Source: Utricularia gibba
Taxonomy: Eukaryota > Plantae > Magnoliophyta
Length of the DNA stretch: 64,000 nucleotides
Direction: 5' to 3'
Assembly: GCA_002189035.1 (NCBI GenBank)
Contig: NEEC01000002.1
Span: 4,154,001-4,218,000 of the forward strand
A program made the translations under genes and the position numbers. Each line of letters opens with the position of its first letter. Position 1 is the stretch's first letter. Of the stretch, positions 13,033 to 22,555 are shown in pieces. The notes beneath the pieces were generated by a model. That model did not search any database, was not told the DNA's origin, and was given only the letters and a program-made list of their open reading frames with translations.

Positions 13033-14169
13033 GAAAGTAAAAAGGGAAAGGAAAAGAAGTGGTAGGATAATGGCTTTGATTTTCATTTTTGAATTATTGT
13101 ATGACACATGGTTTTTATGATGAGCTTTTGATTGTGTCAATTATTAGAAATGACTAATTTTTCATATATTGGTTTTTGGTGATTTTGTTTGATATATTGA
13201 AAGAATGCTTCGTTATTGATCTATTTTTCTTTATATTAAAAATGTATCACTCTTCTAGTTTACAATGATTTTTGAAGAGTGCTTAAATAAAAATTAGTAA
13301 TAGACATCTATATCCTATTTCTGGGCATAGACCTCTAGTGTGCACATTGGTGTCTATATAGAAACTATGTGACCCTTCCGTATTATTGTGTTTCCGAAAG
13401 TGTGTGGGATACATATGATTCAAAAACCAAAATTGGGGAAAAACAATTCTTTATTTTTTTATGGACCACTTATTTCATATAAATAATTGTTTTATTCTGT
13501 GATGTATAATATATGTGGATATATATATGATTTAATTTAATTCATCTATGATAATGTTTATATTTTGGTTAGTTGATTATTCAAAAGATGTGTAATATCT
13601 TTTATGTTCATCAAATTTTTGAGAATTCAATGGTAAAAATCAATCCCATAATACATTGTAATTAAATACATGAAATGATCATCTGTCAAATTTCAGTGGG
13701 GCGAGATGGCCATATTTTAAATTAATCTCATTCTAATGAAATGAGGAAGAAAAAAAAAATGAGATCAAAAAGATCATTTCAGGAATTAAAGTGTGGTTTT
13801 TTTGGGGATGAAGAACAACCCAAAATAAAAATGAAATGAAGAAATTGAAGAACACTTAGTTTACTATTCATCATCTTTTTGCATTTATTACTATAAACAT
13901 ATTTGCTATGATCTTTTATGTTTTACCTTATTTCGTATAAATTGTGTCTATGTATTAATAGTTCTAGTTTAGAATTTATTTTTTATCATGATAAACATAA
14001 TACATTAACTTTAATATAACCAATACTTAGCTTCTTGTGATTGACCTTAATTCTACTACATAATATCTTCTAAATTGTATTTATTAATAGTTAGATTTTA
14101 TAAATTTATTTGATATGAAAAATGAAATATTATAATGACCCTAATTTTTTATTTATAAATCAGGAATCT

Positions 14170-14420
14170 TTATCCCTCAATTTACTTAAACTCATCGATT
14201 TTCTTATTTCCCACATCAATTTCACATGAATCGTTTTCTACATCGATTGGCGTCTTTGTTCACATCAATTTCATAGGAATCATTATTCCTCAAATTCCTT
14301 AAAATCTTGGATTTCCTTAGTTTCCGCGTCAATTTCACATTTCACATGAATCGCTTTCCACATCGATATTACTCTTTGTCCCCATCAATTTCATAGGAAT
14401 CATTATCTCTTATCCCTCCA
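14170..14420. repeat. Tandem repeat, about 120-bp unit, two copies plus a partial third
   Basis: 14221-14286 vs 14341-14406 match at 57/66 by hand count; TAT(C/T)CCTC recurs near 14171, 14284 and 14411. Confidence 0.8.
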
Positions 14421-14698
14421 TCTTATTGTGTTCTCAATGAATTCATTATCATCTCCAATTTTATCATTTTCCATATCATCCACGTGTTTGTTTTGTTTGT
14501 GACAAGGGTTTTTCGAAACTACAATCAACAAACATTTTCAAATTAAAATATTAACTTCACACACAATATAATACTGAAAATTATGATGAAAATAATAATA
14601 AGCATTTTCAGGAAACAAAAACTGCTGAGGATTAAAACCGGTTGGTTTATTTGATTTTTTATTCTCATTCCGAAAGCACATACAAGAGGATGGCAGCA

Positions 14699-14704
14699 TT
14701 TATT
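14699..14704 (-). terminator. Candidate polyadenylation signal (AATAAA) of the 2S albumin gene
   Basis: TTTATT on the plus strand about 58 nt past the stop; a second copy at 14646-14651. Confidence 0.4.
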
Positions 14705-14761
14705 GACACTTGGGGGTTCTGCTTCATCGTAGCAGACCGACCCCCTTGTGTTTGTTTGTCT

Positions 14762-15259
14762 CTAAACAAAGACAAGGCGGAAGCTGCATTGCTCTGTTCG
14801 CAAGTTGCAGCGGCGTGGGAGTTCTCTGGCCTTCTCATACACCTCCTCCGATCGCCCCCTGCCGCCGACGATGCCTCCCCATCCCTGCCCCTGTTGCTGC
14901 TGCTGCGCTCGTTGAGCCACTTGCTTGATTGCTTCGCATTGGCATTGCTCCTCGAAGTTCCTCAATTCTTCGCAGCATTCTCTCAGACTCTGCTCCTGCT
15001 CCTCAAACGGCTTCTCCACAAGTTCCTCTCCTCGGCCGTACCCCCCGCGGCGCGGCTGAGAAAGGTACCTCTCACAGCTCTGGAGACGGGCGCGCACCTG
15101 TCCCTGGACCTGCTGGCGGCACCGCTGCTGGCTCTCCATCTCTCGACCTTCCTCGGAAAAGGTGGTGGTGGTGATTGTTGTGGTGTAGGAGTTGGCAGTG
15201 ACGACTGCAAGCATCGCCATGGCAACGAGCGCTGCAACTATGGGCCTGTGGTGAGCCAT
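14762..15259 (-). CDS. 2S albumin seed storage protein precursor (prolamin superfamily), 165 aa, intronless
   Basis: Signal peptide, TTT(I)TTTT propeptide, complete C..C..CC..CxC..C..C skeleton, Q/R/E-rich, C-terminus ARELPRRCNLRTEQCSFRLVFV resembling sesame 2S albumin. Confidence 0.96.
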   Translation of the reverse strand: MAHHRPIVAALVAMAMLAVVTANSYTTTITTTTFSEEGREMESQQRCRQQVQGQVRARLQSCERYLSQPRRGGYGRGEELVEKPFEEQEQSLRECCEELRNFEEQCQCEAIKQVAQRAQQQQQGQGWGGIVGGRGRSEEVYEKARELPRRCNLRTEQCSFRLVFV

Positions 15260-15315
15260 TGAAAGTGCTTGTGTTGGTGAAGGAGTGAGTGTCTGGGAGG
15301 AGGAGAAAGCTGGAT

Positions 15316-15356
15316 CTTATAAGGAATCCCACAGGGCTGCATGGCTTTTACGTGTC
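15316..15356 (-). promoter_or_regulatory. Seed-maturation core promoter: TATA, RY element and ABRE-like box
   Basis: Minus strand: GACACGTA (15349-15356), CATGCA RY (15338-15343), TATAAG (about 15317-15322), 58-97 nt upstream of the albumin ATG. This is the known RY plus ACGT-box arrangement of ABI3/FUS3/bZIP-regulated storage-protein genes. Confidence 0.75.
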
Positions 15357-15544
15357 TGTTTGGATAGTAACAGGTGGATCGATCATGAGCAGGAGCAGAA
15401 GCATGGCGTTCCCAAGCTTCCACTTCGATTCGAATGTGCCCGTGAGTGAATGTCGTGAAACCCAATTCAATTGCTCGAAAACTAATAAACCCTGATTAAC
15501 TGCCACCCGTATTCTCAGGCTTTTGAGATTTGCTGAAAACAGTG

Positions 15545-17461
15545 TTACCAATAGTCATTGCAAGAACAAGTGCCACTGGCAAAATGGTGAAAACGAGTGG
15601 CATCTCTGACCACAAACCGATGATCAGAGACTTGGGTGACTGCTTTTACGAACGCATGGCACTCGTCACATATCCTCAAGTTCTTGATCACCAAAATTTC
15701 TGCGCCTGCGTCTGCCTCGAGAAGCGCAAATGCGATGGCCAACCTTTCACTGTGTGCAGTCGCAGCGGACTTGCTGCTAGCGATTTGATCTCCGGGACCA
15801 GGTGGCTCCTCCAGGGCTTCCAAAGCAGCCAACTTGGCATATATGTCTTTCGTCTGAGGGTGAGATCTATCCCCAGCTACAAAGATATGAATCTTGCCTT
15901 TGCTTTCGACGTAGCTGTAACCGGGGTCTTTCCTCAAGCCCCGTTCGTGCATCATTACGCGCATCCTCTGCACACCTTTCTTGTCGCCCGTTTCAGAGTA
16001 GATATTGGATAGCAGCACATAGTAGCCTATGTTTGTGGGCTCAATCTCAATGACATTGTTGAAAGCTAGTTCTGCTAAATCGACATTTTTGTGGATCTTG
16101 CAGGCACCCAAAAGGGCGCCCCACACCGCGCCATCTGGAGGAAACGGCATGGACTGAATGAGCTTGCAAGCATCTGCAAATCTACCCGCACGGCCTAGAA
16201 GATCAACAACGCAGGAGTAATGTTCTGAAGCAGGGAGTAAGTTGTACATCTCCATTGAATTGAAATACTTTAAGCCTTTCTCTGTAAGACCTGCATGACT
16301 ACAGGCAGCAAGAAGACATACAAAGACAGTTCCATCCGGTTGAATCTTGGCCTTGATCATTTTGTCGAAAAGATCTACAGCAATCTCTCCATGTCCATGC
16401 ATTCCATAGGAACCTATCATGGCTGTCCATGAAACCAAATTCTTTTCTTGCATGGCATCAAAAATAAACCGCGCTCTTCGTAGATTACCACACCTGGCAT
16501 ACACACTGATCAATGAATTTTTCAAAAAGGGATTGGATCCAAATCCCATATCCTCGATCTTCTTCTCCACCTCATGGCTAATGCTCTGCGCTCCAAGATT
16601 AGCACATGAAGATAAGACGCTGACCAGCGTTACCTCATCAGGGCGTACTCCAAGTGATTTCATATTATGGTAAAGATCCAAAACCTCTGTTCCAAGCCCG
16701 TTCTGTGAATACCCAGATATCATCGCATTCCATGTAATCAAACCCTTCTCAGGGATTTCAGCAAACAGCCTCTTCGCTAACAAAAGAGAGCCACAACGCA
16801 CGTACATAGACAAGAAGCAATTGGCAACAGCCACAAAGCAGGTCAACCCATATTTCAGTGACCAGGAATGAAATGACATCCCCAAAATCAAATTTGAGGG
16901 GCATAGAAAACCAGAAACCAATCCCAAAATCGTAACTTCATTAACCAGGACCTGATTAGCCATCATATTTCTTACCAAAAGCATCCCCTCATTAAGTCTC
17001 TCCCTCTGGATTAGACCTGATATGAACGCATTGTAGGAAACCGTTGACCTAACCGTTTGAGGAATTTCATGAAACACGTTGGATGCATCATGAACAGAGA
17101 AAAGCCTGCAATAAATAGAAATCAAAGCCGTCTGCACAAATGGCTCGAGGAGGCACCCTAACTTGATAACATGACAGTGAATCAACGATCCTAAAAAAGG
17201 AATCTCCAAGGCAGATGATGACTTCAGGACAAAAGGAAAGGTGAAGGCATTTGGTGAGGCACCAGACCGCATCATTTCACGGTAGAGCATCAGAGCTTGG
17301 CTATACTGGCCATGTTTAGAGAGCTCTCTCAGCTTATCGTTCCATGCCCCAATGACTGCACTGCCGCGACCAGCAGCATATCTGGTAGTAATTCTGTTAG
17401 CTTGCTGTTGAATCACTGTTTTGATGGTGCTTACAGATACTTTCTGCCTACTCAGGCTCAT
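15545..17461 (-). CDS. MEF10: PLS-class PPR protein with E/E+/DYW domains, mitochondrial RNA editing factor 10-like, 638 aa
   Basis: Intact intronless ORF with PLS repeats, PG box (PGYSYVE), HSERLAIAF...NLRICDECH and terminal DYW. The WN.KLREL start, GLITWNAMISGYSQNGL, EPTNIGYYVL and short E+/DYW linker match my recollection of Arabidopsis At3g11460. Confidence 0.88.
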   Translation of the reverse strand: MSLSRQKVSVSTIKTVIQQQANRITTRYAAGRGSAVIGAWNDKLRELSKHGQYSQALMLYREMMRSGASPNAFTFPFVLKSSSALEIPFLGSLIHCHVIKLGCLLEPFVQTALISIYCRLFSVHDASNVFHEIPQTVRSTVSYNAFISGLIQRERLNEGMLLVRNMMANQVLVNEVTILGLVSGFLCPSNLILGMSFHSWSLKYGLTCFVAVANCFLSMYVRCGSLLLAKRLFAEIPEKGLITWNAMISGYSQNGLGTEVLDLYHNMKSLGVRPDEVTLVSVLSSCANLGAQSISHEVEKKIEDMGFGSNPFLKNSLISVYARCGNLRRARFIFDAMQEKNLVSWTAMIGSYGMHGHGEIAVDLFDKMIKAKIQPDGTVFVCLLAACSHAGLTEKGLKYFNSMEMYNLLPASEHYSCVVDLLGRAGRFADACKLIQSMPFPPDGAVWGALLGACKIHKNVDLAELAFNNVIEIEPTNIGYYVLLSNIYSETGDKKGVQRMRVMMHERGLRKDPGYSYVESKGKIHIFVAGDRSHPQTKDIYAKLAALEALEEPPGPGDQIASSKSAATAHSERLAIAFALLEADAGAEILVIKNLRICDECHAFVKAVTQVSDHRFVVRDATRFHHFASGTCSCNDYW

Positions 17462-17870
17462 GAAATCTGACCATGGAAGTAATGCCTACAATTTTACTGG
17501 CTTGTTGTTCTTTCTGCCAATCCAACATCTGTTTCCCCGAATTTCGCTTCCTCGCCAGGCTCATTTCGTATTACCGGAAAAGCAACGTAAATCAGAAACG
17601 CCGGATGGAGGTTTACCAGGCGAAGCAAAGGAAAGGAAAAAATCCCGAAGCAAGCCGAAATCACATCTGCCAAAAAAACAAAGGCACATTGCAGCACAGC
17701 AGGATATAAGTCCAACTTCAGCTTCTAATTAATCCCAACGAGTTATCAAGTTCTGGGTTTGGAAAACCACAATGCACACATCATGTGGACAACCCCAAAT
17801 GAAGATTCAACTCACAACAAATTCTACTGAATCGAAAAAGAGAGTCGATCAACGAAGCAAAAGGCAATGG

Positions 17871-18077
17871 TCATGCGGTGTCCGAATAGTCATCGAGCAT
17901 TTTCCTGATTCGGTCCCTGAGAAATTGTGCCCTAGCCTTGTGGCGCGCCTGCTGTGGAGCGACGTTGGAGAAAGAAAGGTGAGACCCAATGGAGATGCAG
18001 CCAATTCCCGTTAATAAACAGCAGATGGATACAACCGCTTGCGCCTTGGTAACCGGAAGCATCCTCCTTCTCCTCAT
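17871..18077 (-). CDS. Small single-pass membrane protein (68 aa), function unknown
   Basis: MRRRRMLPVTKAQAVVSICCLLTGIGCISIGSHLSFSNVAPQQARHKARAQFLRDRIRKMLDDYSDTA: basic N-terminus, one hydrophobic helix, basic amphipathic tail, in GC-richer gene-like sequence. A second possible start is at 18062. Confidence 0.62.
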   Translation of the reverse strand: MRRRRMLPVTKAQAVVSICCLLTGIGCISIGSHLSFSNVAPQQARHKARAQFLRDRIRKMLDDYSDTA

Positions 18078-18315
18078 CGTGATCGTACACAACAAGCAAG
18101 CGCACTTCAATTCGGAAAAAAGGCCTACGGCCCACGACTATGGCCTGCCCTTGTGGTATCTCAAGCCCATTTCAGATCTAGAATTGATTTGTACATCATT
18201 AATTCCCACAATTTAATAGTTTTGCAAAAATAGTCTCTATGGATTATTTTGTATTCCTACTGTTTAAATAATTTGGCATAATTAAATCCCACTAGTTTAA
18301 AATAGTATGTATAAC

Positions 18316-19500
18316 TGATAACTCATAGATTTTCCTATTTTTTAATATGAAAATTACAAGTTTTTAATTATGTTTAGTTGTTTATTTTATAGTTTTAAGT
18401 ATTTTTATATGATTTATTAAATATGTAGTTTTTGTGTGTAAGTGGCTAAATCCTTTGATTTAGCCCATCCCATACAAGGATTTCGTGCAAGTCACCATAC
18501 AGCAAGGAGCAATGAGTATATTGTCACGGCGGTAGCCTGCAAGTCAGGGACAGGAGCAGCAGAGGTGTCAAAGATTGTACTGGCTTTGGGAAGTGAGAGG
18601 CGAGAAAAAGACTGGAGGAGAGAGAATTGCAAGGAGAACTTCAGTAGTTAGCAGCACGCACACGAGGGGGTTCCCCTCTAAATCCAACATGACGAATATT
18701 GAACCAGAAGAAGAAAGAAGGGCGATTTTTTGGAGAAGAACCTCCTGCGAGAAGAACAAAGACTAGGACCCAGTCCAATGCTACTATTCTGATATGTGAA
18801 TAGATGGAAACCAAAACTCTTACTGCTTTACTTTTTTTGTTGTTGATGTTTTTAATTTCTGCAACCAAGTCTTTCTCAATGTTCTTGACATTTTCGCTAC
18901 TTTATGTTAATGTTATCATATTTTATCCTCCAAGTATGAGTAGCTAGAATCCTAGGAATGTCTTAAGGTAAAATATGGTGGTATGGATCTAGGGTTGATA
19001 ATGAAATTTATGTTTGTTTCTTAATTCTTTTTTCTATTATTCCATGGATAGACCTAAGGAGGGAACAATAACTTCACAACTAAGATGCTTGATTTAGAGG
19101 TAGACCAACAAATCAAGGCGGTAGCAGTAGGTATTAGTTCGTGGTAAAATCAGTAGAACCAAGTCGACCTAATTCTATATAGTTTAGCCTAATTGCAATG
19201 TTGGTGATGATATTGAGGACTAGTTTAGCCAAAAATGTGATGAATGACTTGGGTAAACTTAGGTTGTTTGAAGTTGTGAGCATAGGAATATAGTAAATTA
19301 AATTAGGCATCTTAGCACCAAACCACCTACAAATCCTTAAGGCATCTTCGTATTATTCTATGCTAAAACCAGTAATTGTTACTTTCTGTATTGATACTTG
19401 ATTTTGTTTACTAAACTTATTTACTTCTATTAGTTCGAGCTTAGACTAAGACTACTGTTATTCCGAATTTTGCATTTGTTGAAACACTTAGCAAACAACA
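18316..19500 (+). repeat. Older, 3'-truncated family-A LTR
   Basis: Starts TGATAACTCATAGATTTTCC; shares GGCTAAATCCTTTGATTTAGCC and AGTTCGAGCTTAGACTAAGAC with 22556-23930; similarity stops near 19500. Confidence 0.8.
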
Positions 19501-19578
19501 TTGCTGAAATTTTTGATTATCAATAACAGTCTGTAACAAATTCCATAAACCACACCCTATAACTTTCTACAACACATT

Positions 19579-20212
19579 TGATGAGCCCCAAGAAGATAAT
19601 GAAATATATTGAAAGAATAATGAGGAGTTTGACCAACTGAACACATTTGAGACAAAGATCATTCCACCAAGACCAATTACAAGAAGTAAGAGCAAGATAC
19701 TAGAAGCAAATCTCAAGGTTCTACTCAATATTATTGGAATCAATATTGAGCCTGAAATATTAACATCAAAGGAGTTCAATTATTGGAGTCTCAATCTAAT
19801 TTAAAGCCTAAAACATCACCCATCTTTCATGGGTGTTATTGGACTTGAAAGCTTTCCTTTCTTATTTAGTTTGAGTTTTGTAATGTTGGAGCCCAATTCT
19901 AGAGTATAAAAACTCTAGAGATGTAGTCTTTGAGGACCTTTAGTCATTTTCATATATGTTGTGAGAATTCTCCTCTTCTTTGAGTGCTTGAACACTCTTA
20001 ACTTATTAAGCTTTGAGCTTGTGGCGTACTAGGATTATCACTTCCAATCCTCCTCTCTTTTCTGAAGTGTGGCTCCTAATTTTCTTTGTTTCGAAGTCTG
20101 GTTGCAAGAAATTCATTCTCTTGAGGGTAGGCTTGGGTGGGTTCTCTTCTAAGCTTCAAAATCACCTCTTGTTCATGCGTTGCTAATCTCTATAGATTAA
20201 AAGGTCACATCA
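19579..20212 (+). mobile_element. Solo LTR of a CRM-clade (centromeric chromovirus) element with TSD ACATT
   Basis: TGATGAG...CACATCA; ACATT at 19574-19578 and 20213-20217; encodes PPRPITRSKSKIL (CR-motif-like) near its 5' end; TATAAAA at about 19905; alignable with the reverse complement of 63474-63952. Confidence 0.82.
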
Positions 20213-20592
20213 ACATTCATTGACAGTGTCCTATAATGCTTTGTATCACACCTATTAGCATTATTCTGCAACGATATACAAAAAATTATAATGATATCTA
20301 ATAAGTATAAAATCTCATTAATATAATGATTAAGTGTACACAAATGATGGGGAAGTGAAACGATTGGGATGGTTATGAGAACAATGATTTTTGTTGGGTA
20401 TTTATATAATGGACTATTTTTGTCAAAAACCAAAGCATTGGGGACTTATAGTGCCAAAACATGTTCATTTTTTATAAGTGATTTTGTATCGTTCCAAAAC
20501 ATGTTCTTCCACTATTCTTTAGTGTTGTTTTTACTTATCTTAGACTCCACTTTCTCATTATTCTCAATTGATTTTGCATCTTTCACACTACT

Positions 20593-21656
20593 TTGATCTT
20601 TTTAGAGAGAAAGTGTATTTTGTGGATTTTTAGGGTACTTTTGGATCAATTTGAAGAGAAATCAAGACCCACCAAAGGTGCCAAGGTATTACCCTACCGG
20701 CATATTGATTTCGAAATTCTTGTTGAACTAAACATAGTAGATAAGGTTTACACCATGTTTGAGAATTCTGCCTTCATGACTTTATTTGAGTTAAAACTTC
20801 CTGCATACGTGGAATTGTCATATGAATTTGCCTCGACTTTTGCTTACAAAATTCCAGAAACTGTTTTGGAGCCTGCTGCTGTTTGCTTTCGTTTGATGGG
20901 CACTGAATTTTCGTTTTCTTTCGCTGAGTGGAATGTTGCTCTTGGTTTTTGCTCAAAACAGCAAGTAGATTCGCATGATTTCACTGCTTCTTTATTCGAT
21001 TATCCAGCAGACTTTGATGCTGAAGAATTTTATGGGATTTTAACTGATCAGCATGTCATTGAGTTTAAGGCAAAAGGAACAAAATCTGAGCTGTTTGTTG
21101 AACCATTCATGCGTTATGTTCATATGTTAGTCACTACAACTCTTTTCGGAAAAAATATTGGATTTAATGCTCTTTATAAACGTGAACTATTTGTGTTTTG
21201 TTTCTTTTTTTTAAGCGATCTCTAAACTTAAGTGCAATGCTTGGTGAGCAAATGAATAGAGATTATAGGCGTACTAAAATTCAGCAACTCAGTTTCGGTC
21301 ATATTGTTACGCATCTTGTTAATACTTTATGTCCAGAAAAGCTGTCTAAATTTGAATTCTTCCATGTTGAGACTAAGACAGTGCCATTGGATGCGTATTC
21401 ATTAAAAGTTGCTGGACTAATCAAAGCCCAAGGAAGTGGGTTTGTCTTTAGATCTTTGGCAGGACTGGAAGGAAGTGTTATCCCAAGGAAGAAGAAAAGA
21501 GATACTGCTGCGCCATCAACCTCAACCCCAGCTCTAGGAGAGAAACGCTGCTGCTGCCCAAAAATCTTGGAGGTGATGAGCAAAAAAATTTCAGATTTGA
21601 TTAGGGTGATCTCAGAGTTAAAACAGGGAGTGGCCGACGCCTCCCTAAACAAGTAA
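20593..21656 (+). pseudogene. Athila env-like/ORF1-type accessory ORF split by a 1-nt frameshift
   Basis: Two overlapping ORFs (20593-21225, 21198-21656) with YVELSYEFASTF, FRLMG.E...S.AEWNVALGF and FGHIVTHL motifs, lying upstream of an Athila 3' region and LTR. Confidence 0.7.
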
Positions 21657-22555
21657 CTTGCTGCTAGAACGATTTAGTATAGTAGGTCTTTATTTTTGTT
21701 TTGTTTTCATGTTTAGGATTCTATTGACGTCAAAGGATGCTATCTAATAGTCTAAGTCTAGACTTAGAGTCGTGTTTAACATAGGTCTTGTTGAGTAGCA
21801 GTAAACTGTTTCCGATGGCTAAGTGGTTGAACATTATAGCTGCTAGATGAATTTTGTTGCATGAGTTTTGCAGACATTTTTTATACCTGTGAGCATGTTT
21901 TTATCTTTTTATTTTATGAGAGCATGTGCATGACCCGAGGAATCTAAGAAGTGTGTTCTAGATCATTTTTATATGAATTGTTGAACTTCATAGTCATTGT
22001 GGAATAGGTTGCCAACCACGAAAAAAAGAGAGGTGAATAAAGGGTCTGAAAAAAAAAAAAGAAGAAAAAATTGAGACCCAAATCCTAAAAAGCAGCACAT
22101 ATTAAAAGAGCATGTGCGGACTCAATAAATAGTGAAAGGGTGAGCGAAACTAATCCGGAGGAGTATGAAGGAGCCTGGTGTTATAAGGTGTGAGTGTTTG
22201 GCCAATACTCAGGAAAAAGAAAAGGCAATCACATTATGCCTGGACTAGTCTGGAACAAGCTACCCCTTCACTACACAAAAAAAAAAAAAAAAAAAAAAAA
22301 TGGGTTGGCAACCGTGACCTTAAGTGACTTTGGAGGGATCAATTCTATGAGATATGATCTTCGAAAACACTCATCAAGAGGAATCTACTCATGCACATTT
22401 GAGTGATGAAATGACTTGCACACTTGCACTTCTTTAGCTCATGCACCGATATTTATTTTCAGTTGTTTATGTTTATCGCTGAAGCTGAAGGAACTAGTTT
22501 TCTGTTAGTCTTAGGTAGGACTTGGGGACAAGTCTAGTGTCGTTGTAGCATAGTG

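Noticed and set aside
14762-15259. Buried cyclic peptide (PawS1/SFTI-1 type) in the 2S albumin precursor
   Set aside because: There is no Asn-Gly...Asp cassette or extra Cys pair between the signal peptide and the small subunit; all 8 Cys belong to the albumin fold.
14642-16053. Long plus-strand ORFs (14642-15262, 15530-16012, 15802-16053)
   Set aside because: They are antisense shadows of the GC-rich albumin and PPR coding sequences, with no recognisable domains.
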